Shown: positions 1-11,944 of the stretch, piece after piece
How positions within the stretch are numbered: position 1 is the stretch's first letter
Layout: every line of letters begins with the position of its first letter
From: Octopus sinensis
Lineage: Eukaryota
Assembly (NCBI RefSeq): GCF_006345805.1
Contig: NC_042999.1
Location: forward strand, 68,262,001-68,326,000
Direction of reading: 5' to 3'
DNA: 64,000 bases
The notes under the pieces: model-generated
The model's input: only the letters and a program-made list of their open reading frames with translations
Database searches by the model: none
Told to the model about the DNA's origin: nothing
Position numbers and translations under genes: made by a program

Positions 1-403
<403 letters not shown>

Positions 404-470
404 ATATATGTAGTTTGTAGAAATACATAAATCCAGAGGAGGAGCACACTCTAAGATGAAGAGAATCAAA

Positions 471-718
471 TATTATAATGGGGGGGACTAGTTTATGGAG
501 TTACCATGGGTTTTTCGCTCATAAGGGATTTAACCTCACAGCATATCTTCAGATCCCAAACACTGCTGGCCTAAGACCTCTTCAAAAATTTCCCCCTCCA
601 TGTTTTGAAGAGGTCTCAGGCCAGCAGTGTTTGGGGTCTGAAGATACGCCATAAGGCTAAACCCTTATGAGTGAAAAACCCAGGGTAACCCCATAAACCA
701 ACCTCCAACATTATAATA
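471..718. repeat. Long inverted repeat (about 115-bp arms)
   Basis: Arms complementary around a loop of about 15 nt near 590-603. Confidence 0.85.
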
Positions 719-1207
719 TATATATATATCATCATCATCGTTTAACATCCGCTTTCCATGCTAGCATGGGTTGGCCGGTTCGACTGGGGTCTGGGATGCC
801 AGGAGGCTGTACCAGGCCCAGTCTGATCTGGCAGTGTTTCTACAGCTGGATGCCCTTCCTAACGCCAACCACTCCGTGAGTGTAGTGGGTGCTTTTTACG
901 TGTCACTGGCACAGAGGCCAGTCGAGGCGGCGCTGGCAACAGCCACGTTTGGTTGGTTCTTATATATGCCACCGGCATCACAACTACAAGTTCCATTGAT
1001 TTCGCAAGGTGTTCGCAAGCAGAGTTTTGTGTCCCAAGAAGGAAAGGTATGCATAAGTGGACTGGCTACAACCCAGGTAGAGGCCATGGGTTATGGTCTC
1101 ACTAGTCATTGCCTCGGTAAGACCTAATGTTTGAAGGTCGTATATTTATATGTATATATAATCTGTCACACACAATATATGAGAATTACTATATATTTAC
1201 CTTTCAG

Positions 1208-1400
1208 GGTCTAAATGATAATAACAGGGCTGTAACTATTGGTGAAATAAGGAACATCATTGAAGAAAATCAACAGAAACAGAATCCTGAAGTTAGGCAG
1301 TCTGTTCCTTTAGCTTTACCTGAAGCTCCTGTCAAGACGAAGGTTGTTGAACGCCTTACATATCGGGATCCACCATTACAAGATGTCAGTGTAGGTCAAG
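1208..1400 (+). CDS. Annexin N-terminal head exon ([10 protein letters not shown]...[12 protein letters not shown])
   Basis: ttcag acceptor; open frame; AAG|gcaagt GC donor in phase 1 matches the next exon. Confidence 0.6.
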
Positions 1401-3254
1401 GCAAGTATTGTTTCCTAATCTAATCCTATCATAAAATGATTCTCCAGAAGGGTTAATTCCATAATATAATTATCCTCCAGATGTCCTTTCATCATATGAT
1501 ACTCCAGATGTGTTAATCCTTTTATAACATGATCCTCCAGATGTGTTAATCCTCTTATAACATGATCCTCCAGATGAATAAACAGCCTTCATTGCCTGTT
1601 TCTCGAAAAGCCTTACTTTCTTCCTTAGATGATCCTGCAGATAAGTTGATCTCATATTATGACCCTCTAGAAGTGTTAATCCTTTAATCTTGTACACTAA
1701 ATTCATCACTGCACCCATGGCCAACTCTTACCTTACTAACAGCACCCCTCTACATGGCCTGTACTGCTTTCACAAGCCATTCGTCTATCCCTAGCTTCCT
1801 CAGAGACCACCATATCACAGATTGAGGTACTCTGTCGAATTACAGTTGCTCCAGTCCACTCAGCCAGCAAAATTCAGTTGTAGTTCTATTTCAAAGGGCC
1901 AGCCGTATCACATTGAGCCATGCTGAATTTCACAAAAACCTACATTAAGGGTAAGCGTGTTTGTGAAGTGCTAGCCACTTGCACATTAATTTCACAAGCG
2001 TGTTCTTCCATTAACTGAATCATCATCATAACCAATGGAGTGCCAGTATAACAATATGGTGGTTTCGTTTTTGGATTTGGTTTGCAAGATTCTTTATATG
2101 AGCTCGTGTGTTGAAGCATATTCTGTTGTGTCGAGGGAGAGTCATTTTCTTTTTGTGCCTTATTATGTAACACACTCACCGGTAAACTTTCCACTTTTTT
2201 CTTATTTTTATTGTCCTAAAATTTTCGTTGCGTCTTGCAACCTTTTCAATAGTTTTGACTCTTTGGAGTGAAAACTATTGAAAAGGTTGCAAGACGCAAC
2301 AAAAATTTTAGGAAATAAGAAAAAAGTGGAAATTTTACCAGTGAGTGTGTTACATTATAAGGCACAAAAAGAAAATGACTCTCCCCAGACACAACAGAAT
2401 ATGGTGGTGGTTGACTTTCTTTTGTGCTCTTTTTAAGATGCAGTCTTTCCCTCTTGGACTCTTACAATGACACACACACACACACCCCACTGTGGCAAGA
2501 TCAAGACTCCACCTTCCAGATACTGACAATACTTCAGTGAAGAACACAACTGTACTAATGGCTGGAGTATTGTGACTACTGCCTATAGAACTCATTTCAT
2601 GTGCTCTAAGGAGTGAGAAAACTAAGTGACCAGTGGCATTTTATTGTTGCAGATGTGCATGATACCCTATCAACCACAACAAAAGGTCTGCCATCTTTTG
2701 TTAGTTCCAAGAGGTTTAAGTCTTGACTTGCACAGGAAAAAATATTTTTAAAGGCACAAAAATACCAAAACCTCAAATTCAGTAGTAACAAGTGTTTCTA
2801 TGACATGCATGCCAATTTGAAATTTTTGAAGTTATTAAACTAATGACAAGTATAAAAATAATAGGATAACCAGAGACAACAAACACTACAGGTGCTGGAA
2901 TAATCCTTCTCTAATATCTATTTATAGGGAACCTCAACGAACAGATTCTACACATTTACAGTCATTTGTTGAAATATTCTAAACTTGATGGAGACTTTCG
3001 CTCTAAAGTCTCACATCCATGTTTTGGTAAAGTAAGTTATTGTTTTTATATTCATGTTTACTATCTCTTTTTAGTATTGCTGTTGAGTTTGTTGTAACCT
3101 TGTGGCTGTGTGGTAAGTTGCTTGCTTACGAGCCACATGGTTCCGGGTTCAGTCCCACTGCATGGCACCTTGGGCAAGTGCCTTCTACTATAGCCTCGGG
3201 CCAACCAAAGCCTTGTGAGTGGATTTGGTAGACGGAAACTGAAAGAAGCCTGTC

Positions 3255-3306
<52 letters not shown>

Positions 3307-4287
3307 CTCTGTTTGTCCCCCCAACATTGCTTGACAACCAATGCTGATGTGTTTACGTCCCCGTAACTTAGCGGTTCGGTAAAAGGAGCCCTGATAGAAT
3401 AAGTACTAAGCTTACAAAGAATAAGTCCTGGGGTCGATTTGCTTGACTAAAGGCGGTGCTCCAGCATGGCCGCAGTCAAATGACTGAAACTAGTAAAAGA
3501 GTAAAGAGAGTATCCTGGTAAAAGTCAGTCTCAATCCTTTAAGAGAACAGAAATGAATGACAGAAGAATGTATAAGAGTTTTTTGTTCCCTTACATTGGA
3601 AATCCGCTGGCCCAATGGTTTCCCTTCATGGCAGAATAAATAGTCAAGCTTATTTAAGCATTTTATCTGATCAATTTCTTCCTATGGTTGCAGAACTGTT
3701 TCCGGGGGGAAATGCAATCTTTCAGAATGATAATGCACCAATTCACACAGCTAAAGTTGTTACTGAATGGTATGAGGAACATTCTAGTGAAGTTGAACAT
3801 GTTATCTGGCCACCACAGTCCCCAGATCTCAATATTATCGAACATTTATGGTGCATTTTAGAAAAACAAGTGAGGATTCGATATCCTCCACTATCATCAC
3901 TACAAGAACTGGAGACTGTTTTAGCTGAAGAGTGGACAAAAATTCCTTTGGAAACAATTCAAACTTTGTACAAGTCCATACCTTGTAGAATTCAAGCTGT
4001 AATTACAGCCAAAGGCAGTTCTACCCCATATTAAAATAAATTTGTTTGAAGTTTTAAGGTGTATCCATTATTTTGCCCAACCACTGTATATGCATATGTA
4101 TATATTTGTGTGTCTGTGTTTGTTCCCCCACCATCACTTGACAACCAATGTTGGTGTGTATACGTACCTGTAACTTAGCGGTTCAGCGAAACAGAATGAT
4201 AGAATAAGTACTAGGCTTACAAAGAATAAGTCCTGGGGTCAATTAGTTTGACTAAAGGCAGTGCTCCAGTATTGCCACAGTCAAATG

Positions 4288-4326
<39 letters not shown>

Positions 4327-7300
4327 ATACGATATAGTGTATATTTACACATAAGGAATCCACTTATAGTAATTCAACACATTAGAAAGAACAGCTAGGT
4401 TCTATAACCACAAAAATTAGGGATAAAATTTGACAGGAACGAATTGAAAAATGAAAAACATTAGATGGTAAAATGTTTTTCATGTTTCAATTCGTTCCAG
4501 TCAAATTTTATCCCTAATTTTTATGGTTATAGAACCTAGCTGTTCTTTCTAACGTGTTGAATTACTATAAGTGGATTCCTTATGTGTTAATATCGTATGA
4601 CTATATACATATATACATACATATAAATATAGGACTATTACAATGAACATGGAGGTGAGTAAATCCGCATATTTTTTATTTCTACAATCACTTATACAGC
4701 ATATTTGCTTTAAATGTGTCTGACACATGTTTCTGCTGCCTAGACATTACACAATTACATTTGAACCCAGTTACTTTCAAATGGTTATTAATCTATGCAA
4801 TTTTGTTCATATTTATTCATACTGTTACTGTTTTGCTGCTCTTGAATAAAGCAAGAGATAAAACATAGTTTTAGCATTTCCTTGTAAGTTACACCCCATT
4901 TTTTTCGGTTAAAATCAAGAATTAAAAAGTGATACCTTGCAGTATAAGTTTAATTCATTCCATGACCAGGTTCATCTTATGATTTACTCGTTTTACAAAT
5001 CAATTTTCCCCATTGAAATTAACTAAAATATAATTAATCCATTCAAGCCTCCAAAAAACACTCAAAAATAATTTTTTATGGGTTTTAAAACAGCAAAGGT
5101 AGAGTTACAAGTAAAATGACAATTATAAAAAAGAGAATGCAAAGAAATATGTAAACTGGTTTTTATTAACAGAATCACTTTAAAGATGGAACAATTTATG
5201 TGCTTGTTCTGTGGATTTCTGCTCATACTTCAAGACAAAAATTTGCACGAGTCTCGGCTTGTACAGCAAATTACTCGTACAATGGAGCACTTGTATTGCG
5301 AAGTTCTACTGTACACAAGTTCAGTAGTTATTGAGGAATCTCAGTGAAAAATGGTTCTTTTGAATGAATTGAAATGTACCCTCTATATCATCATCATCGT
5401 CTTTTAACGTCTGCTTCCCATGCTGGCATGGGTTGGATGGTTTGACTGATGACTGGCAAACCCAGAGGCTGCACCAGCCTCCATTCTGATCTGGCAAAGT
5501 TTCTACAGCTGGATGCCCTTCCTAACACCAACCACTCTGAGAGTGTAGTGGGTGCTTTTTGCGTGCCACTGGCACGAGGGCCAATCAGGCAGTACTGGCA
5601 TCGACCATGCTTGAATGGTGCTTTTTACGTGCCCCCAGCATGGGACCAGTCAGCCAGCACTGGCATCAACCATGCTTGAATGATGCTTTTTACGTGCCAC
5701 CGGTGCAGGAGCCAGTCAGGTGGCACTGGCAACGACCTTGCTCTATAATACATGTATATAATTTTTGAATACACATAGACACATAATGACAACAAGAAAT
5801 GAATGTTAAGCCGAGATATTTCTTCCAAAATATTCAAATAAAAATGACAAATCAGAAATTTAAGTTCAAACATGCTAATTTGTCCCAAGGTTTTTGTTAG
5901 TGGTTGGCGTTAGGAAGGGCATCCAGCTGTAGAAACTCTGCCAGATCAAGATTGAAGCCTGGTGCAGCCATCTGGTTTGCCAGCCCTCAGTCATTCATCC
6001 AACCCATACTAGCATGGAAAGCGGACGTTAAACGATGATGATGATTCTGCTTGAATTTGAACTCCTAACCGATCTCTTCCAGGTTTTGACAAGTGACTTT
6101 GAAGATGAAGAAGATTGCTACAGAATAACTGTGATAATGGAAAAGCCTGGTGTTCAACGTAAGATATTTGCCATTTTGGTAAACTTTGATGTGTGTGTTC
6201 ATTAATTTTTACAAGGAAAATGTTGATACAGACTTTGAAATTCTGGCTTACCAACAGTCATCAAATTGTTTGATAACTGGTGGTAAGTTCAAAGTTACTG
6301 CCAACTGTTTCTTATTAAAATTAATGAACGTGGTCGTCTACTAAAAAGTCCTGAGTGATCCATCAGTTTAATGTTAAAATTGATTTTATATACAACTTCA
6401 TATAAAAACATGCACCTATTAATCCAGGCATGTTTATTTACTTCCTCCATTTCTTTCTCTCTCCATCTGTTTCCTTTTCTCCCTCCTTTCTGTAGAAGAT
6501 CTCCAGCTTGAAACGTCAAAGACTCTTCCATCTTTTCCTGAGTGTCAAATTAATACACCTTGTTTGTTGTTCCCTCACCTGTCCTTGTCTTTTATTTTTT
6601 CATGATTTTGAACCATATATATATATATATATATATTATATAATAATTATTTGAGGGAATATTAATCCAAACTTACAGGGAAAAAAATTCAATTTAGAAA
6701 TACTAAATCAAATTTCACACAATATAATATATATAAAAATTAGAAAAAAAACACCTTTTATCAATTCAAAATGAACAATTAAATTACACCATCTAGAAAA
6801 TTACATATAATAGAAATATTAAAATAACAATAAAATATCAATGATTAAGTAAATTGCAAAAAAAAATAATAAAAACATATATATATATATTTTATTAATA
6901 AAGCTGCAAAGACATCACAAAAATTGTTACTCAGAGTTTCACATACCTGTTTGTACAACGAACGGGAACATGAAACTCTGAGTAACAGTTTTTGTGATGT
7001 CTTTGCAGCTTTATTAATAAAGCATATTACTCTACCTCCGGTATTTGGGTACTGTTTTTTTCCCCCCACCTTGTTTCACATTTATGTGCTTATTCTGGTA
7101 TATATATGTCACAATATATGGATTCAGGTAATCCTGTTGTACTCGTAAAAAAAGGCTCCTTAATGTATCATTCAACAAAGCATATTGAATATATATGATA
7201 CATTTATGCAGGCATGTAAGTAATTTATTTATTATTAAATATCATCATCATCATTTAACGTCCGCTTTCCATGCTAGCATGGGTTGGACAGTTCGACTGG

Positions 7301-10300
7301 GGTCTGGGAAGCCAGGAGGCTGCACCAGGCCCAGTCTGATCTGGCAGTGTTTCTACAGCTGGATGCCCTTCTTAAAGCCAACCACTCCAAGAGTGTAGTG
7401 GGTGCTTTTTACATGGCACAGGTGCCAGGCAAGGCTGGCAACAGCCACGATTGGTTGGTGCTTTTTATGTGCCACTGGCATGGAGCCAATAATAAAATAA
7501 ATTATGTTTTTAAGTTACAAAACAATTTTAAATGAAACTTCATCAAACTATTTCTGTCACTTGTGACTTATATGTGTGTGTGTGTGTGTGTATTTATTGG
7601 GACTCCACCAATTTTCTGACTTTTGATGAGGGAGAACTTGAAATTTCTGTGGTTGGCAGTCTAGTTCACTGTACCTAATATGTATTGTGTGATTTCACTC
7701 ATTATTTACATTGGTCATGTTAGTGGAGGTATCAAAATTTAGAGAGAGATCCTCTGTTGGCTCCACCATGTTACCCTTAGCTATGGCTAATACAGGTAAG
7801 AGCACTGAGACCATTGGGGCTACTGCTGAACATAAACACCAACCCGTATCAATCCAAGATAAGGTGATGAGCTGGCAGAAACATTAACACGCCGGGCGAA
7901 ATGCGTAGCCATATTTCGTCTGCCGTTATGTTCTGAGTTCAATTTCCGCCGAGGTCAACTTTGCCTTTCATCCTTTCGGGGCCGATAAATTATGTACCAG
8001 TTACGCACTGGAGTCGATATAATCGACTCAATCCATCTGTCTGTCCTTGTTTGTCTCCTCTGTGTTTAGGCCTTGTGGGTAGTAAAGAAATAGGTATTTC
8101 ATCTGCCGTTAAAAAAAAAAAAAGGCGGCGAGCTGGCAGAAACGTTAGCACGCCGGGCGAAATGCTTAGCAGTATTTCGTCTGCTGCTACGTTCTGAGTT
8201 CAAAATCTGCCGAGGTCGACTTAACCTTTCATCCTTTCGGGGTCGATAAATTAAGTACCAGTTACGCACTGGGGTCAATGTAATCGACTTAATCTGTTTG
8301 TCTTTGTTTGTCCTCTCTGTGTTTAGCCCCTTGTGGGTAGTAAAGAAATACATATCAATCCAAGATAAAATAAAATGTTTGTAGAATTATTACATAAGCA
8401 AATACTCGAGCAAAACCATTAATCTGAAGGCTTTGGTATCATGGATACTGGAAAATCAGTGGTGTAGAAATGTGTGTATGTGTTATACTTTTACAAGTTG
8501 GGTAACAGTTACTTTGAGGCTTCAGCCTGCTACTCTTCATTGGACTTTGAAGTCATGGTTAGCTTTGATAATGTTGTTTGCTTGCAGTCCACTGTAAGTG
8601 CAAATCTGGGTTTCTTAACATGTTGCATGAACTTTTGTAGACAAGTGGTTCATTTATACAGTGTGATTTATGAAGAACTTCTCAAGGTGAATACCACAGA
8701 ATTCAGTACTCTAATAATACATTTGCATTTAGTTGGATATAAAATTGCCTTCTGATATTAACACTGCTTCCATCACTGCTATTTATTTTTTAATAAGCCT
8801 GCTGACTATTTGTGACACCAGTAACTGAAAAGCCACTGTTTCTCTATTTATCATTGGCAGTGATGTTTGGCTTGCATGCAGGGCTGGACAGCTGTCACTG
8901 AGGAAGTGTAGTATGCTGAAATGACATGATCTGGCAGTTCTGGCATCTGTACCAGACGGTTCTTGTCTACTATGATATATGCTTGTTTTTACCACTTTGC
9001 ATCTGTATGAGAGAACCTCTTGAAGTGACTTCTGCAGTATTCACTGCTCTAATAATGCTTCCATATTTAGTTTGATGTGAAGATTGCTACAGTGTTGATT
9101 GTTTCCAGTTCTCTGCATAAAACCTGTCTGGGCTGTTGTTTGATAGACTAGGAGACTATTACCTCATTTGGAGACAAGTGAGTTATTAGTGACAGGAAGA
9201 GCATCTAGCCATACAAAATAAAACTCTGTTACAGCATACTTTTATCTGATCCATGCAAGCATGGAAAAGTAGATGCTAAAAATGATGTTGAACTTTTATA
9301 TTCTATTTTTGCTTCATAGGCATTCCCCGTCACAAACTGACCAAATCTAAAAATGGCACAAATGAGAAAAAGAAACCGATTTCTGTAACTGCACAACCAC
9401 AGAAGAAAACTCCCAAGAAAATTCCAAAATCAGATCCATATTTTGAAATGGAAATGGAAGATATTGAGGTAAGGCCACAAACTAACACCATTGAGAAAAT
9501 TTCAAATGAGGAAATTCCAAAATCAAATCCTGCTTTTGAAAAGAAAGTTAAGGATATTGAGGTAAGACCGCAAGTTAAGACCGTTGAGAAAAAGAAACCA
9601 GTTGCTGTAACTCCACAGCCGCCAAACAAAGAAACCCCAAAGAAGGAAATTCCAAAATCGGACCCTTATTTTGAAATGGAAGTTGAAGATATTGAGGTAG
9701 GATATGACCAAACTTTTACCTTCCATACATCACAGATATGTATTGTCTTTTACACAAATAGATGTCTAAAGATTACAGCCTTTAAGGAATGTCTAAAACA
9801 CAGATAACTGAAATCTAATCAACCACTTGTGTAAGAAACCTCATAAGCACTATTTAATCAGATGTCTAAGAAGTACAGCCTCTAACCAATGTCTAAGGAA
9901 CACAGATCATCATTATCATCATCATCATCATTGTTTAACGTTCACTTTCCATGCTGGCATGGATTGGACAGTTTGACTGAGGACTGGTGAGCCAGAAGAC
10001 TGCACCAGGCTCAATCTGATCTGGCAAAGTTTCTACAGCTGGATGCCCTTCCTAATGCCAACCACTCCGAGAGTGTAGTGGGTGCTTTTACATGCCACCA
10101 ACATGAGGGCCAGTCAGGCGATTCTGGCAACGACTACGCTCAAAAGGTGTTTTTATGTGCTACCTGCACAGGAGCCAGTCCGGCAACACTGGCAATGATC
10201 ACACTCAAATGTTGCTTTTCACGTGCCACTGACACATATGCCAGTAAAGCAAAGCTGGCAACAATCACACTCGAATGGTGCTTTTTATGTGCCACTGGCA

Positions 10301-11697
10301 TGGGAGCCAATCCGTGGTCCTGGCAAAAATCACGCTCGGATATGCTTTTAACGTTCCACTGGCACAAGTGCCAATCAAGCAGTACTGTCATTGGCCACGT
10401 CAGCGATTTGATTTGATTTCATGACTCATCTAATTAAATGTGAGTGTAAGGAGCATCGATTTTTAAATATTATATAATGAAATGCCTCATGAGTACAACT
10501 TATGATAACAATAAAAATGTCTAACCCTTTAGTATTCACATTACTCTCTCAAATGCAATACATTTTTATTCACATTGTTTTGAATTAATAATGCATTATC
10601 TTGTAGTTTCATGATTTTCATGACCTGATTGTTTATTTTTTAGAGTGACATTGTAGAATAGGTGTGAGAGCTAGGATCTGGCCAGTTTGAGCATAAAACA
10701 GGTAGAATATTTGGGCAGGATATGGCCAGTTTCAGTGCTTAAAGGGTGAAAGTGTGTATCCTATTAACAACGTGCAATGAAACAGATATATAAGGAGTAT
10801 ACCCCATGGCTAATGTTGAAGGAGTACAACCCATGACAGCAATATAATCAGATATCTAAAGAGTGATAAGAGTGTCATTTGGTTGTAGATTCAGTCCTAC
10901 GGCATGACAGCTTGGGCAGAGGTTTTCTACTATGGCTGTGTGCAAACCAAAGCCTTGTGAGTGGATTCTGTAGACAGAAACAGGAAAAACCTCTGTGTGT
11001 GTATCTCTCTCTATATAAACGGCAGTTTGTCTGTGCGTGTTTCTGTGTGTCTGTTTGCTTGTACCCTCACCCTGACCACGGCTTTCAACTGATTCTGATG
11101 AAACTTGACACACACAGCCCAATGTCATAATTCAAACTAACGCAGCGAAATTTTTGAAAAGTTCCCCCAGTTCTGAAAAAAATCGAAAAATCGATAAATT
11201 CGACATGGGGTCAAGAATCAAAACACAAACCCTAAACTGTTAGGGGGGACGCAACTCTCCACACATAAACTTCATCATCTTTAACTCTCAAAAAAAATTT
11301 ACCATCATTTTTTTTTTTCATTTTTTTGATTTTTTTTTGCTGCTATTTTTTGGCTATACCTCTAAAAATGATTGCTTATAGTTATTTCCCCCTTACAAAC
11401 CTGAGCAACGCCGGGCGATACTGCTAGTCTATATATATATACATACATACACACACACACACACACATACATACACACACACATATATATATTTCTTTAT
11501 TGCCCACAAGGGGCTAAACATAGTGGGGACAAACAAGGACAGACAAAGGGATTAAGTCGATTACATCAACCCCAGTGGGAAACTGGTACTTTATTTATCG
11601 ACCCCGAAAGGATGAAAGGCAAAGTCGACCTTGGCGGAATTTTAACACAGAACGTAACGACAGACGAAATGCCGCTAAGCATTTCGCCCGACGTGTT

Positions 11698-11743
<46 letters not shown>

Positions 11744-11908
11744 AACGTTTTTACTAGGTTACCCCTTAATGCTGGTGGCCATGAAAAGCACCCATTACAC
11801 TCAATAAAGTAATTGGTATTAGGAAGGGCATCCAGCTGTGGAAATCTTGCCAAAGCAGACGATGAAAGCAAGCCAACACAGGTTGAATGATAATAACGCA
11901 AACCTGCA

Positions 11909-11944
<36 letters not shown>

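Noticed and set aside
771-1127. Recurrent ORFs containing [13 protein letters not shown] (also 7284, 30850, 38615, 39250, 45790, 46840, 58849)
   Set aside because: Translations of SINE family A; frames and stops vary between copies
8474-9120. Possible old LINE fragment; similar faint transposase-like traces at about 4880-5312, 6050-6370 and 60780-61140
   Set aside because: Too degraded to classify by eye
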